A stretch of DNA of 64,000 nt from Deltaproteobacteria bacterium (GCA_016875335.1 VGRO01000003.1:10343-74342); one strand, 5' to 3'; shown: positions 1 through 12,894, numbered from the stretch's first letter. A program made the numbers and translations. Notes: generated from the letters alone by a model not told the origin.

Positions 1-246
1 CTCGAAAAGCGTCATGATCTTGGCGGTCTGATCGGCGTGGCTGCCCGAGCCCACGCCCAGGAACGCGTCGGGTCGCGGCATGCCGAGGTCGTCAAAGAAG
101 ACGGCCGACATCTTGTCGTCGTAGTGCTGTCCCGTATGGACCAGCCGAACCTGCACCCCGCGGGCGCGCAGCGCGGCATGGACCGGCGCCACCTTCATGA
201 AATTGGGCCGCGCTCCGACCACGCACGCGACGCGTTCCGGCTTCAT
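1..246 (-). CDS. wecB: UDP-N-acetylglucosamine 2-epimerase (non-hydrolysing), 5' part; runs off the window edge
   Basis: Not in the ORF track. Manual translation gives MKPERVACVVGARPNFMKVAPV...LVHTGQHYDDKMS.VFF.DL...GSHADQTA, with the GxRPxxxK and HTGQHYD motifs. ATG overlaps the upstream gene's TGA. Confidence 0.92.
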   Translation of the reverse strand, partial: MKPERVACVVGARPNFMKVAPVHAALRARGVQVRLVHTGQHYDDKMSAVFFDDLGMPRPDAFLGVGSGSHADQTAKIMTLFE

Positions 247-1277
247 CGCCGCCCTCGCGTGCTGCCGTTGGCGCCGGACCCGCGCGCCGTCTGGGTTCGT
301 CGTGCGGGGCCCTTGGCGCGCGAACCCTGCGCTGGCGCAACCGGAGACGACGGGCCCTCCTTGGGTGCCGGCCGACCGGCTGCGGGCGAGCGCTCGCCCT
401 GGGCCCGGGCGGCGCCGCGATGCGCGGGCTGGGCCGTCGGCCCGGGTCCAGTGCTCAACTGCGGCGCGCGCGCTTCGCCCTTGCGCGGATCCGGCGGCAG
501 GGCGAAGCCCCCGACGTGGCCTTTGCTCTCCAGTTGGGCAATTTCCCGCTCCTCCAGAAGGCGCCACTTGCCCTGCGCCAGCCCCGCCGTCGTCACGCCC
601 GCGTACGAGATGCGCCGCAGACGCACCACCGGGTGCCCGACGCGCTCAAGCAGGCGACGCACCTCGCGGTTGCGGCCTTCGAGCAGCACCAGCCGCAGCC
701 AGCAGTTCGCCGCGGTTTGTTTGACCACCGCGACTTCCTCGGCACGCGCCGGGCCGTCCTCTAGCCGCACGCCCATGCGCAGCCGGGCCAGCGTCTCGTC
801 GCTGGGCACGCCGCGCACCCGAGCCTCGTACACGCGGTGCACCGCGAACCGCGCATGGCCCAGGCGCTCCGCAAGATCGCCGTCGTTGGTAAAGAGCAGC
901 ACGCCCTCGGTGTTGAAGTCGAGCCGACCGACCGACCGCAGCGCCAGGTCCTTGGGCACCAGCCAGTACACGAGCGGTCGATTCTCGGGGTCCGCAGCGG
1001 CGCACAGGTAGCCGACCGGCTTGTTCAGCGCCAACACGACGCGGCGGGCCGGAAGCTTGAGGCGCTCGCCATCCAGCCGGATCTCGTCGCGATCGGCTTG
1101 CACGCGCACGCCCAGTTGGGTCACGACCTCGCCGTTGACCTCGACGCGCCCGGCGGTGATGAGCGCCTCCGCGGCCCTGCGAGACGCCACCCCGCAGCGC
1201 GACAGCACCTTTTGCAGGCGCTCGCCGCTCGGCGCGGTCGCTTTGGGTCGTTGGATCTTGGCGTTGGGGGCAGCCAC
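243..1277 (-). CDS. rluB: 23S rRNA pseudouridine synthase, RluB/RsuA family, with S4 domain and low-complexity C-terminal tail
   Basis: ERLQKVLSRCGVASRR S4 domain, LNKPVG, catalytic GRLDFNTEG, EGRNREVRR. Start codon uncertain (ORF is open to 1403). Confidence 0.88.
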   Translation of the reverse strand: MAAPNAKIQRPKATAPSGERLQKVLSRCGVASRRAAEALITAGRVEVNGEVVTQLGVRVQADRDEIRLDGERLKLPARRVVLALNKPVGYLCAAADPENRPLVYWLVPKDLALRSVGRLDFNTEGVLLFTNDGDLAERLGHARFAVHRVYEARVRGVPSDETLARLRMGVRLEDGPARAEEVAVVKQTAANCWLRLVLLEGRNREVRRLLERVGHPVVRLRRISYAGVTTAGLAQGKWRLLEEREIAQLESKGHVGGFALPPDPRKGEARAPQLSTGPGPTAQPAHRGAARAQGERSPAAGRPAPKEGPSSPVAPAQGSRAKGPARRTQTARGSGANGSTRGRR

Positions 1278-1362
1278 GGCGAGGTCGGCAGTCCGCGACG
1301 GCGGTTTGGGGTCGCGAACGGGGGCGGCATTGTGCGGGGCAGGGCGGCAAAAGTCCACGGCG

Positions 1363-1803
1363 CTACCGCCGTGGCGCCGCAGCTCCATCGATCCGCTGCA
1401 CAAGGTCGGCCAGCGTGGTGCCGTCGACGATGCGCAACGCCTCGGCGTGCACGTCGGCCAGCAAGGTGCGCACGGCGCAGGTTCGTTCGTCGGCGCACTC
1501 CTGGCAGCGCTGATAGGCGGTTTTGGACAGGCACGGCAGCGGCGCGAGTGGCCCGCTCAACATGCGGATCACGTCGCCGAGGTTGACGTCGGCCGGAGGC
1601 GATCGCAAAACGTAGCCCCCAGCCTTGCCGCGCTTGCTCGCAAGGACACCCCCGTTCTTCAACTCGACCAGGATGGCTTCGAGGAACTTGCGTGGAATCC
1701 CCTCGGCCTGCGCGATGGCGGCGGCCTGGACTGGAGCGTCCGTTGGAGCGCGCGCCAGGAACACCAGGGCCTTGAGGCCGTAGCGCGACTTCATCGGCAG
1801 CAT
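1363..1803 (-). CDS. Rrf2 family transcriptional regulator with a C-terminal Cys cluster
   Basis: YGLKAL...IAQAEGIPRKFLEAIL..L...G.LAS.RGKAGGY winged helix; PCL...CQEC....TC possible Fe-S ligands. Confidence 0.9.
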   Translation of the reverse strand: MLPMKSRYGLKALVFLARAPTDAPVQAAAIAQAEGIPRKFLEAILVELKNGGVLASKRGKAGGYVLRSPPADVNLGDVIRMLSGPLAPLPCLSKTAYQRCQECADERTCAVRTLLADVHAEALRIVDGTTLADLVQRIDGAAAPRR

Positions 1804-1845
1804 CCGTCCCTCGCAGGCGCCGGCCGTGGCCGCGCGGCCGCAACC

Positions 1846-3534
1846 TTATGGCGCCAACGCCGCCGATGGCAATGGTGCGCGGCGCCGCCGCCAACCCAGC
1901 CGGGCCAGCCACGCCGCGCACCCAACCGTCGTCAACCACAGCGGCACATCGCCCCACAGCCGATAGGGGCTTGCCAGGTCGCGCAACGGGACGTCGACCA
2001 GCACCGTTTCTGCACGGCCGACCTGCGTCTCGCTCTGGAACACGCCCGCCGCGTCGATGTAGGCGCTTACCCCCGACACCGTCGAACGGACCAGCGGCCG
2101 CCGCAATTCCACAGCGCGCGCCTGCTGGACCATCAGGTGCAGGTCCGGCGCCGGTTGCGGTCCGAACCACACATCGTTGGTCAGGTTGACCAGCACCTGC
2201 GCGTCGCCGGCCTCGTCGCGCAGGAACTCGGCAAACAACGCCTCGTAGCAGATGTTGACCAGGACCTTGCCGCGGCCGAGTTGGACCAGGCCCGATGTGG
2301 TGCCCTCGTCAAAGTTCGACACCCCAGGGATCGCCTCTTTGAGCGCTGGGAACCACCGTGTGCCGGGCAGGTATTCGCCGAACGCGAGCAGGATCTGCTT
2401 GTCGTACGCAAATGTCTGCCGGCCGCGATCGAGCACGATCGCGCTGTTGCGCGCTTCCTGTACCCAAAGGGGGTCGAAGCGGCGAAGGGTGCCGAGCAAG
2501 AGCGGCATTGGCAGCCGCCGCGACCATGCGATCACGCGCTCCTTGCTGCGCAGCAGCCAGTGGTTGGCCTTGGTCTTGATCTTGGGCGCGGCAGGTCCGA
2601 CCTCGTCCGGCACCCAGAAGAACGGAAAGGCCCCTTCGGGCCAGATGAGCGCATCGCGATCGGCAAGGCGGCCCTGGCGGAGCGCGTCTTCGCTCATCTC
2701 GAGGAGTCGGTCGAGCACCGTCACCCGTTTCTCGGCGGCGATCGCCTTCTTTTCGCCCAGGGTCGCGTTCTGCTGGACCAGGGCGGCGCGCCATGTCCCC
2801 GTCGCCGGGTGGGCGGCTACCTGGTGCATGCGCAGGGCGCCGTATCCCGCCCACGCCGCCGCGACCACAGCCGCGCCGACCGCGGGCCGCATCGAGCGGC
2901 GCGCAAGCGCCATCGCCACCAGTTGTGCGACGGCCAGGGCCAATGCGCTGACGCCGATGACGCCCACCAGGTCCGCCGCCTGCATCCACAGGGGCGTCCT
3001 GAAGAACGCGTTGGCCACGTACCACCGGAAAAGCCACGGTAGAGCGAACTCGCAGACCGCGATCGTCACCGCGACCTGGGCGGCCCGCAGCGCCAGCGGG
3101 CAACCCGAGCGCCGCGTCCACGCCGTCACTGCCGCAAACAGCCCCTGATGCAGCGCCATCGCCGCGGCGTGCAAGCCCACAAGGCCGTAACCGGCTGCCC
3201 AAGGCATCGAGCTCATTTCCACGGCCGTGAACGCCAGGAACGCATAGACCACCGCGTGCAGCACGACGCCGGCCACCCACCCGGCCAGCAGGGCCAATTG
3301 CCACCGCGGCTGCCGCACTTCGATCCAGTAGAGCAGCGGCACCCAGCCGCCGATCGCCAGCGGCCACCAACCGGTCGACGGATAGGCCAGGCACAGCAGG
3401 GCGCCTGTGACCAGGCCGATGCCGGTGGCCGCCCGCCATTCGCGCCGGGCGGCCGACGTCGGCTTGCCGCAGCGTTGGGCGTCGCCCGCCACCCCGCTTT
3501 GCCCATGGGGGCGCTTGTGATAGTCAACCGCCAT
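1846..3534 (-). CDS. lnt: apolipoprotein N-acyltransferase
   Basis: Multi-TM N-terminus plus CN-hydrolase domain with catalytic WPEG (Glu), YDKQIL (Lys), ICYE (Cys), and NLTNDVWFG. Start uncertain. Confidence 0.92.
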   Translation of the reverse strand: MAVDYHKRPHGQSGVAGDAQRCGKPTSAARREWRAATGIGLVTGALLCLAYPSTGWWPLAIGGWVPLLYWIEVRQPRWQLALLAGWVAGVVLHAVVYAFLAFTAVEMSSMPWAAGYGLVGLHAAAMALHQGLFAAVTAWTRRSGCPLALRAAQVAVTIAVCEFALPWLFRWYVANAFFRTPLWMQAADLVGVIGVSALALAVAQLVAMALARRSMRPAVGAAVVAAAWAGYGALRMHQVAAHPATGTWRAALVQQNATLGEKKAIAAEKRVTVLDRLLEMSEDALRQGRLADRDALIWPEGAFPFFWVPDEVGPAAPKIKTKANHWLLRSKERVIAWSRRLPMPLLLGTLRRFDPLWVQEARNSAIVLDRGRQTFAYDKQILLAFGEYLPGTRWFPALKEAIPGVSNFDEGTTSGLVQLGRGKVLVNICYEALFAEFLRDEAGDAQVLVNLTNDVWFGPQPAPDLHLMVQQARAVELRRPLVRSTVSGVSAYIDAAGVFQSETQVGRAETVLVDVPLRDLASPYRLWGDVPLWLTTVGCAAWLARLGWRRRRAPLPSAALAP

Positions 3535-4186
3535 GGCCCGTGTTTTCCTGTTTTCGGAGATGGGCGACCGGTCGCCGGCCCGCGCGGCGCTGGCGCAGGG
3601 CCCCTGGACCGTGACGGCACGCCTCTTGCGCGGCACCTTCCTGGATTGCCCGATCGGCCTGCCGCCGGATCTGGCCGTCGTCGAACCGGGACCACTGCGC
3701 TCGCCGGAGCCGATCGCGAGCGCCCTGGCGGCCCATCCGGTCGTCGGGCGGACACCTTGGCTCTTGGTGGTCGATCCGGACCGCGTCCACTTGGCGCCCG
3801 CGCTTTCGTGCAACGATTTCGTCTTGCGCGGCTTCCCTGCGGCCGAGCTCGCCGCACGGGCCGAGCGGGTGTTGGGCGCGCGCACGCGTCATGGCGCCGT
3901 CGTTCGCAGTGGCCCGATCGCGCTGGACCTGGCCGCGCACACCGTCCGAGTGGGCGACCTGCCGGTCGAGGTCAAACCCCAGGAGTTCGCGCTGCTGCGC
4001 TATCTGGTGCAGTTCGCGGGCCGGCCGCTGTCGCGCGATCAGTTGTTGCGCGCCGCGTGGGGACCCGGGTACGCGGGCGGCGAGCGCACCGTGGACGTGC
4101 ACATCCGTAGACTGCGCGCACATCTGGGATCGGCGGCCCACCACATCGAAACGCTGCGCGAAGTCGGCTACCGCTGGTTGGCATGA
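3533..4186 (+). CDS. OmpR/PhoB-type winged-helix regulator with a degenerate receiver domain
   Basis: C-terminal EFALLRYL...SRDQLL..WG......RTVDVHIRRLR..L......IETLREVGY. The N-terminus lacks canonical receiver residues. Confidence 0.85.
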   Translation: MARVFLFSEMGDRSPARAALAQGPWTVTARLLRGTFLDCPIGLPPDLAVVEPGPLRSPEPIASALAAHPVVGRTPWLLVVDPDRVHLAPALSCNDFVLRGFPAAELAARAERVLGARTRHGAVVRSGPIALDLAAHTVRVGDLPVEVKPQEFALLRYLVQFAGRPLSRDQLLRAAWGPGYAGGERTVDVHIRRLRAHLGSAAHHIETLREVGYRWLA

Positions 4187-4283
4187 CCGCGCTGCGCGCA
4201 CGGCCAGCCGCGCGTCGTGATCGCGGGTCGCCCACGTCGGGGTGTCGGCGAACATCGAGCCGCCCCCGATTGCGCCGGGTGAC

Positions 4284-4634
4284 TTACACGAACTCGATGA
4301 GTGCCATCTCGGCGGCATCGCCCGTGCGCCGGCCGAGCTTGAGCGTGCGGGTGTAGCCGCCTGGCCGCGCGACATACTTCGGGCCGAGTTCGCCGAACAG
4401 GCGCGCCACCAATCCGTTGTCGCGCAACTTGGCGAAAGCGAGGCGCCGCCGGTGGATCGAATCCTCCTTGGCCATGGTGACCATGGGCTCGATCCATCCG
4501 CGAAGTTCCTTGGCCTTGGCGACCGTCGTCGTGATGCGGCCGTGCTCGATGAGCGACTTGCACAGGTTGAGCAGCATCGCCTTGCGGTGCGAGGTCTCGC
4601 GACTGAGCTTGTTGCCTTTGTTCAGGTGGCGCAT
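4284..4634 (-). CDS. rplQ: 50S ribosomal protein L17
   Basis: MRHL...KLSR..SHRKAML.NL...[12 protein letters not shown]...RPGGYTR. Confidence 0.98.
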   Translation of the reverse strand: MRHLNKGNKLSRETSHRKAMLLNLCKSLIEHGRITTTVAKAKELRGWIEPMVTMAKEDSIHRRRLAFAKLRDNGLVARLFGELGPKYVARPGGYTRTLKLGRRTGDAAEMALIEFV

Positions 4635-4699
4635 GGGGTCCTCTGCTGCTGGCTGCCGCAGTCGCTGCGGCCCGGGGGCGGTCGTGGTCGTGGAGGGGC

Positions 4700-5809
<1,110 letters not shown>

Positions 5810-5937
5810 GGTGGTGCCTGCCTGCGAGCACTTCGCCCGCGCTGATGTCGCGGCCCGCGCAATGTGCGATGGCCGCGCCGGTCGAGAAAATCCTGCTTGC
5901 GCCTGTTGCGACTCCGCCGGCGCGAGGGGCGCGCCGA

Positions 5938-6567
<630 letters not shown>

Positions 6568-6655
6568 GGGTTCTCCGTATCGACAGGAAGCGTTGGGCAA
6601 TCGGCAGCCGCGGCGGAGGCGCCTCGAACGCCGCCTTGCGCGCCGGAAATCTTCG

Positions 6656-7066
<411 letters not shown>

Positions 7067-7215
7067 TTGGGGTTCCTTGTCTGCGATGTGCGTTGGCGAC
7101 GGAGCGCCATGTCGTGTGTTCTGGCGTCGCGGACGGGACAGGCCGACTCAGGCCGGGCGCCAGCCGATGGGCTGGGGGCCTGGCCGTTCGCCTTCGGCCA
7201 GCGGCGCCGCGGGCG

Positions 7216-7581
7216 CTACTTCTTCTTGATGGCCGTGCGCCGCGGGCCCTTGCGGGTGCGCGCATTGGTGTGGGTGCGCTGACCGCGGACTGGCAGGCCT
7301 TTGCGGTGCCGCAGACCGCGGTAGCAGCCCAGGTCCATCAGACGCTTGATGTCCATCGCGACCTGCCGCCGCAGATCGCCTTCGACCTTGTACTGGTTTT
7401 CCAGCACATCGCGGATGCGGACGATGTCCACCTCGGTCAGTTCGTCGGCCTTGCGCCCGAGCGGGACGCCCGCTTTGGAGCACACCTCGACGGCCACGCG
7501 CGGGCCAACGCCGTAGATCGAGCGCAGCGCGATCTCGATGCGCTTGTTGCGGGGCAGGTCCACGCCTGCAATTCGTGCCAT
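7216..7581 (-). CDS. rpsM: 30S ribosomal protein S13
   Basis: [38 protein letters not shown]. Confidence 0.98.
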   Translation of the reverse strand: MARIAGVDLPRNKRIEIALRSIYGVGPRVAVEVCSKAGVPLGRKADELTEVDIVRIRDVLENQYKVEGDLRRQVAMDIKRLMDLGCYRGLRHRKGLPVRGQRTHTNARTRKGPRRTAIKKK

Positions 7582-7640
7582 GATCGTCTCCTACCGGAAA
7601 GCCGCGAGCGCGCGCCGAATGGGCTGCACCCGAAAAAGCG

Positions 7641-7754
7641 CTATCCCTGCCGTTGCTTGTGCTTGGGGGTCACGCAAATGACGCGCACGATGCCGCGGCG
7701 CTTGACCACACGGCACTGGTCGCAGATGGGTTTGACAGAAGCTCGTACTTTCAT
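7641..7754 (-). CDS. rpmJ: 50S ribosomal protein L36 (Zn-binding form)
   Basis: [37 protein letters not shown]. Confidence 0.97.
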   Translation of the reverse strand: MKVRASVKPICDQCRVVKRRGIVRVICVTPKHKQRQG

Positions 7755-7811
7755 CGGATTACCTTGTGTATCTCGTTCTCGGCGCGGGCGAACCGGCCGC
7801 GAGGGGGCGGC

Positions 7812-7840
7812 AGTATACAGCAAGCTCGCGGTGGTGGGAA
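7812..7840 (-). promoter_or_regulatory. putative sigma70 promoter for rpmJ/alpha operon
   Basis: Minus strand TTCCCA-17 bp-TATACT, about 57 bp upstream of the rpmJ ATG. Confidence 0.55.
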
Positions 7841-7890
7841 GCCCCGTTCGACTTCGGCCTTCCGTCGCCGCGGGCGGCAGGGTCGCTGCG

Positions 7891-8109
7891 TCACTTCGCG
7901 CGGTAGGTGATCCGCCCCCGCGACAGGTCGTAGGGACTCAGCGCCACCTTGACCTTGTCCCCCGGCAGGATGCGGATGAAGTGCATGCGCATCTTGCCCG
8001 AAACGTGGGCCAGCACCTTGTGGCCATTATCCAGCTGGACGCGGAACATGGCATTGGGCAACGGTTCGAGCACCGTGCCTTCGACCTCAATGGCGTCGTC
8101 TTTCGACAT
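7891..8109 (-). CDS. infA: translation initiation factor IF-1
   Basis: [49 protein letters not shown]...[10 protein letters not shown]. Confidence 0.98.
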   Translation of the reverse strand: MSKDDAIEVEGTVLEPLPNAMFRVQLDNGHKVLAHVSGKMRMHFIRILPGDKVKVALSPYDLSRGRITYRAK

Positions 8110-8179
8110 CCAACTCCTTGCTGCCCGAAGGGGGCCGGTGTCGGCCGGGCCTCGGGCGCCATTACTCCGCGGATTCCGT

Positions 8180-8866
8180 CTAGAGCGTGCCCTCGCCCGC
8201 GTTGCCATGCCTGCGCAGGACGGCGACGGCGGCCTTGAGCACGATCTCGGGCGGTTGGTTGCCATCGACCTTTTCGATGACAGTCCCGTAGCGCTGCACC
8301 AAAGGTGCTGTCTGCGCCGCAAAAGCGTCCAAGCGTTTGCGAATGGTCGCGTCGTGGTCATCGCTGCGGTGGACGAGCGTGCCCCCGCAGCGATCGCACA
8401 CGCCGTCTTTGAGCGGGGGCGCGAACTCGACGTGGTGCACGTTGCCGCACGCCGGGCAGGTGCGGCGCCCGCTCAACCGGCGGACGACCGACTCGTTGGG
8501 CACGTCGATGAACAGGACGAGGTCGGGGGCAAGTCCCTCCGCGGCCAGTGCGTCGGCCTGCGGCAATGTGCGCGGAAACCCATCGAGCAGGAACCGCGGC
8601 GAGCCGTCCGTGTTGCGGCAGTCTGGCTGTTGGACGCGTTCGGAAATGAGCTTGACCATCACGTCGTCGGGCACCAACGCGCCGCGATCCATGAAGGTCT
8701 TGGCCAGCAGGCCCACCTGGCTGCCCGCGGCAACCGCCGCGCGCAACATGTCCCCCGTCGACAGGTGGGTCAGCCCGAATCGATCGACAAGACCCTTGGC
8801 GACCGTTCCCTTGCCCGCGCCAGGTGCGCCGACCAGGATGATCTTGTGCGCGGTCCGCGTGGTCAT
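8180..8866 (-). CDS. adk: adenylate kinase with Zn-type LID
   Basis: [29 protein letters not shown]...CDRC, RSDD. Confidence 0.97.
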   Translation of the reverse strand: MTTRTAHKIILVGAPGAGKGTVAKGLVDRFGLTHLSTGDMLRAAVAAGSQVGLLAKTFMDRGALVPDDVMVKLISERVQQPDCRNTDGSPRFLLDGFPRTLPQADALAAEGLAPDLVLFIDVPNESVVRRLSGRRTCPACGNVHHVEFAPPLKDGVCDRCGGTLVHRSDDHDATIRKRLDAFAAQTAPLVQRYGTVIEKVDGNQPPEIVLKAAVAVLRRHGNAGEGTL

Positions 8867-8923
8867 GTTGGCCTGCTTGCGGCGTTGCAGCGCCGCGCGG
8901 TGCGCGCGTACGCGGGTGCGGTG

Positions 8924-10252
8924 CTACACGTCATCGGAGCGCCGGCCACGCATGCGCGGACCCTTTTCGCCGCCAAAACTTTCGTAGGAGCGGCTGATGA
9001 GGTGACTCTCAATCTGCTTGGCGGTGTCCATGGCCACGCCCACGACGATGAGCAGAGACGTGCCGCCGTAGTAGAACGGAACATTGAAGTTGGTCTGAAG
9101 CAGCGTCGGCAGGACACACACGCTGCTGATGTATAGCGCGCCGCCAAAGGTGATGCGCGACAGCACGCGGTCGATGTACTCGGCGGTATCTTTGCCGGCG
9201 CGCACGCCGACTACAGCGCCGCCGCCCTTGCGCAGGTTGTCGGCGATATCGACCGAGTTGAAGGTGACTGCCGTATAGAAGTAGCAGAAGAACACGATGA
9301 GCACGACGTACATCGCGTTGTACATGATGCGTCCGGGAGACAGAGCGTTGACCACGCCGACTAGGAAGCTGGCGTCTGGGAAGAAGTTGGCCAATGTCGC
9401 CGGGAACATGAGAATCGACGACGCAAAGATGGGTGGAATCACACCGGCCGAATTGACCTTGAGCGGCAAGTAGCTGTTCGCTGCGGCCACAGTTTCGCGG
9501 TTGACCGTGCGTTTGGCGTACTGCACGAGGATGCGCCGCTGTGCGCTCTCGAAGTAGACAATGACGGCGATGACGGCCACCACCAGGGCGCCAATGAGGA
9601 TGAGGATCGGCACCGGGATCTGGCCGTTGGTCACCAGTTCCCAGGTTTGCTTGACGGCGCTCGGCAAGCCAGCGACGATGCCAGCGTAGATGACCAACGA
9701 AATGCCGTTGCCGATGCCGCGCTCGGTGATCTGCTCGCCGAGCCACATGATGAACGTGGTGCCCGCGGTCAGGGACAACACGCACAGCGCCCGAAAGCCC
9801 CACCCGGCGTTGTGGACGACGCCGCCCAGTGCGGCCGAGTTCATGCCTTCGAGCCAGATGGCGAGCGCGGTGCCTTGGATGATCGACAGGAACACGCAAC
9901 CGTATCGAGTCCACTGGTTGATCTTGCGCCGGCCGGCCTCGCCCTCCTTGTTCAGGCGTTCGACGGCGGGGACGACCACCGTCAACAGCTGCAGGATGAT
10001 GCTTGCAGAAATGTACGGCATGATGCCGAGCGCGAAGATCGAGACCTGCTGCAGCGCGCCGCCCGAGAACAGGTCGATGAGCCCCATCAGTCCGCCGCCC
10101 TTGCTGTTCATGTAGTCGGCCATCACGTGGCGGTCCACGCCGGGCACGGTCACGAACACGCCGATGCGGTAGATGGCCAACATCGCCAGGGAAAACAGCA
10201 CCCGGTTCTTGAGTTCCGGGACCTTGGCGATGTTCTGCAGTACGTTGGCCAC
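8924..10252 (-). CDS. secY: preprotein translocase subunit SecY
   Basis: [61 protein letters not shown]. Confidence 0.98.
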   Translation of the reverse strand: MANVLQNIAKVPELKNRVLFSLAMLAIYRIGVFVTVPGVDRHVMADYMNSKGGGLMGLIDLFSGGALQQVSIFALGIMPYISASIILQLLTVVVPAVERLNKEGEAGRRKINQWTRYGCVFLSIIQGTALAIWLEGMNSAALGGVVHNAGWGFRALCVLSLTAGTTFIMWLGEQITERGIGNGISLVIYAGIVAGLPSAVKQTWELVTNGQIPVPILILIGALVVAVIAVIVYFESAQRRILVQYAKRTVNRETVAAANSYLPLKVNSAGVIPPIFASSILMFPATLANFFPDASFLVGVVNALSPGRIMYNAMYVVLIVFFCYFYTAVTFNSVDIADNLRKGGGAVVGVRAGKDTAEYIDRVLSRITFGGALYISSVCVLPTLLQTNFNVPFYYGGTSLLIVVGVAMDTAKQIESHLISRSYESFGGEKGPRMRGRRSDDV

Positions 10253-10330
10253 GGACGACCTCTTGCGGTGGTGCGGTGTGCGGCGGACAGCGGGGCAGCG
10301 GGTCGAGCCGAATTCCGCGTATGGGGGCGG

Positions 10331-10780
10331 TTAGACGCCGGTCGTCTGGCAGCTGCCGCCGGCCTGCGCGATCTTGGCCTGGGCCGATTCGCTGAACTTG
10401 TCCGCCACCACGGTCAGGGCGCGGTCGAGTTCGCCTCCGCCCAGGATCTTGACCCCGTCCCAGTTGCCGTTGACCAGTCGAACGGCGCGCAGCGCCATCT
10501 CGTCGACCCGGCTCCCTGGCTCGAAGATCGCCAGGTCTCCGACATTGACCGGCGCGAACCGGGTGCGAAACAGATTGGTGAAGCCGATTTTCGGCAAGCG
10601 CCGCTGGATCGGCATCTGACCGCCCTCGAAGGAGTTGCCGACGTCGGGGGACTTGCGCGCCAATTGGCCTTTGTGGCCCTTGCCGGCCGTCTTGCCAAGG
10701 CCCGAACCTGCGCCGCGGCCGAGCCGGCGAGTCTGCACGTTCGCGCCACGCGGCGCCTGGAGATTGCTGAGTTCCTTCAT
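10331..10780 (-). CDS. rplO: 50S ribosomal protein L15
   Basis: RRLGRGAGSGLGKTAGKGHKGQ, FEGGQMPIQRRLPK.GF, KFSESA..KI..AGG. Confidence 0.97.
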   Translation of the reverse strand: MKELSNLQAPRGANVQTRRLGRGAGSGLGKTAGKGHKGQLARKSPDVGNSFEGGQMPIQRRLPKIGFTNLFRTRFAPVNVGDLAIFEPGSRVDEMALRAVRLVNGNWDGVKILGGGELDRALTVVADKFSESAQAKIAQAGGSCQTTGV

Positions 10781-11003
10781 GGTGTCCGCTGCCTGCTGTC
10801 GCACGGTCTGCGACGGTCGGAAAGTGCTGGCCGGGTCTGCCGACGGCAGCTGCGACGGGTGCAATCGCGTTCCCGTTCGCCCTTGTTGTGCCGGCCGGCC
10901 GGCGCCCGCGGGGCCGGCGGTGATCGTTGAACGGTCCCTATCTGGTGGAACCGAGAGGCCTTCTTGCTACCTTCCCGCACGGGCGGTGGGTTGCAGGGCC
11001 GCA

Positions 11004-11032
11004 ATTATAGGTGGGATGCGCAAGCGGAACAA
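11004..11032 (-). promoter_or_regulatory. putative internal sigma70 promoter for rplO-secY-adk-infA
   Basis: Minus strand TTGTTC-17 bp-TATAAT (perfect -10 in very GC-rich DNA), in the rpsE-rplO gap. Confidence 0.7.
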
Positions 11033-11065
11033 GGCCCGCGCGCGCCGGACCGCATCCTTGCTCGG

Positions 11066-11623
11066 CTAGCCGCGCAAGGACTCGGCGGCCTTGCCCAAAC
11101 GGGCGGCCACTTCGTCCACCGTGCGCAACTGGCGCAACGCCGCCACAGTGGCGCGAACCACGTTGTGCGGGTTGTTGCTGCCGATGCACTTGGTCACGAC
11201 ATCGCGGACCCCGGCCTGTTCGAGCACGGCGCGAACGGCACCACCGGCAATCACGCCGGTGCCCTTGCCCGCGGGCTTGAGCAGAACCTGGCCCGCGCCA
11301 TAGTGGCCAATGACGTCGTGCGGAATCGAGCCTTTGACGAGCGGCACGTCGAACATCTGCTTCTTGGCCTGGTCCGTGCCTTTGCGAATAGCCTCTGGCA
11401 CTTCGCTCGCCTTGCCCATGCCGATGCCGACCTTGCCCTTGCCGTCGCCGACCACGATGAGCGCTGAAAAGCTGAAGCGCCGACCGCCCTTGACGACCTT
11501 GGCCGTGCGGTTGATCGCGACCGTAGCGCTGCCGAACTCGTCCTTCTCGGCGGCTTGGGCATCGTTGCGGCGCGGCTGGCGCGGTTCGCGTTGGTTGCGG
11601 TTTTCTTTGGTGGGTTCCGACAT
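11066..11623 (-). CDS. rpsE: 30S ribosomal protein S5
   Basis: [44 protein letters not shown]. Confidence 0.98.
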   Translation of the reverse strand: MSEPTKENRNQREPRQPRRNDAQAAEKDEFGSATVAINRTAKVVKGGRRFSFSALIVVGDGKGKVGIGMGKASEVPEAIRKGTDQAKKQMFDVPLVKGSIPHDVIGHYGAGQVLLKPAGKGTGVIAGGAVRAVLEQAGVRDVVTKCIGSNNPHNVVRATVAALRQLRTVDEVAARLGKAAESLRG

Positions 11624-11626
11624 GGT

Positions 11627-12031
11627 CTATTGCTCCTGGGGCGCCGCAGCGGTCGAGCCCGTGTGACCTTCCTTGGACAGCAGGCCCAACTCGTGTGCGG
11701 CCTTGGAGACAGCGGCGATCCGGCCGGTATAGTGGAAGCCGTTGCGGTCGAACACCAGCTTGGTGACGCCCTTGGCCAAGGCGCGCTCAGCGCACAGCCG
11801 CCCGACCGTCTCAGCAATCGCGGTCTTGCTGCCCTCCATCGACCGCACGGCGGTTTCGACGGAACTGGCGGCTGCGAGCGTTGTGCCGCTCTCGTCGTCG
11901 ATGACTTGGGCGTAGATGTGCTTGGCAGAGCGGAACACCGACATCCGCGGCCGCTCCGGCGTTCCCTTGAGGCCAAAGCGCATGCGAACCTTGCGTTGTT
12001 CGCGCGCATCGGCATAGCGTTTGATCGACAT
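11627..12031 (-). CDS. rplR: 50S ribosomal protein L18
   Basis: [33 protein letters not shown]. Confidence 0.97.
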   Translation of the reverse strand: MSIKRYADAREQRKVRMRFGLKGTPERPRMSVFRSAKHIYAQVIDDESGTTLAAASSVETAVRSMEGSKTAIAETVGRLCAERALAKGVTKLVFDRNGFHYTGRIAAVSKAAHELGLLSKEGHTGSTAAAPQEQ

Positions 12032-12209
12032 CTGAACCTTCCTTCGTCAAGTCGGCACCTGTGGGTGCCAAACCTGCGTCCTTGACCTCCGTGCGCCTGC
12101 CGCCGGAGTCGGCGGCCAGCGGCGCGGGGGCGGATACCCACGCCGGATCGTTTCGATCGCGCGCGAACTGCGCAGGCCCCAGCGACCCGGAGCCGAAATC
12201 CCGCCCCGA

Positions 12210-12791
12210 TTACTTCTTCTTGGCGCCCTTGCCACCGGACTTGCCGGCCTTCTGGCGCACCTTCTCACCGCTGTAGCGGATGCCCTTGCCCTTGTAGGGC
12301 TCCGGCGACCGAATCGAGCGAAGGGTCGCAGCCGTCTGGCCCAACAGTTCCTTGTCGGTCGAGGTCAACTCGATGTGGGTGAGCTTGTCGATCTTGCACT
12401 CGACGCCCTTGGGCAGCACGAAGTGAACCGGGTGCGAATAGCCGACCGACAGCTTGAGTGCTTGGCCGATCTGCTCGACCTTGAAGCCGACGCCTTGGAC
12501 GTCGAGTTCCTTCTTGTAGCCCGCCGTGACGCCCTGGACCATGTTGCGCAGCAGATTGCGGCCCAGGCCGTGCAAGGCTTTGCCGGTGCGCGTGTTCTCC
12601 ACTGGATGCACCAGAATCTGGCCCGCCTGTTGCTCAAAGGTCACACCCTTGAACGTGCGGACCAGCGTTCCGAGCGGCCCCTTGACCGTGACCACGTCGC
12701 CCGCCACCGCCACGGTGACCTTGGGCGGCAGCGCGACCGGGGCCTTGCCGACCCGCGATACCACGAATTCGCTCTGACCTTCGCTACTCAT
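12210..12791 (-). CDS. rplF: 50S ribosomal protein L6
   Basis: SRVGKAPV, VKGPLG.L, VGYSHPV, PEPYKGKGIRY. Confidence 0.97.
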   Translation of the reverse strand: MSSEGQSEFVVSRVGKAPVALPPKVTVAVAGDVVTVKGPLGTLVRTFKGVTFEQQAGQILVHPVENTRTGKALHGLGRNLLRNMVQGVTAGYKKELDVQGVGFKVEQIGQALKLSVGYSHPVHFVLPKGVECKIDKLTHIELTSTDKELLGQTAATLRSIRSPEPYKGKGIRYSGEKVRQKAGKSGGKGAKKK

Positions 12792-12894
12792 CTCTGCTCC
12801 CGGCCCCTGGGGTCCTGCGGCCCGATGCGGGCGGCGGATTCGGCTGGCCTTGGTTGCGCCGAAGCGCGATTGGGCACGCCCAACGGGCGACCGC

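Noticed and set aside
10935-11010. Resemblance of the rplO leader to a SAM-I riboswitch (GCAACC...GGT.GC, GATA) or to SRP RNA (GGAAGG.AGCA)
   Set aside because: The AUCxAGAG/kink-turn P2 of SAM-I and the CAGG strand of SRP helix 8 are absent, and the context does not fit. Kept only as an unnamed structured leader.
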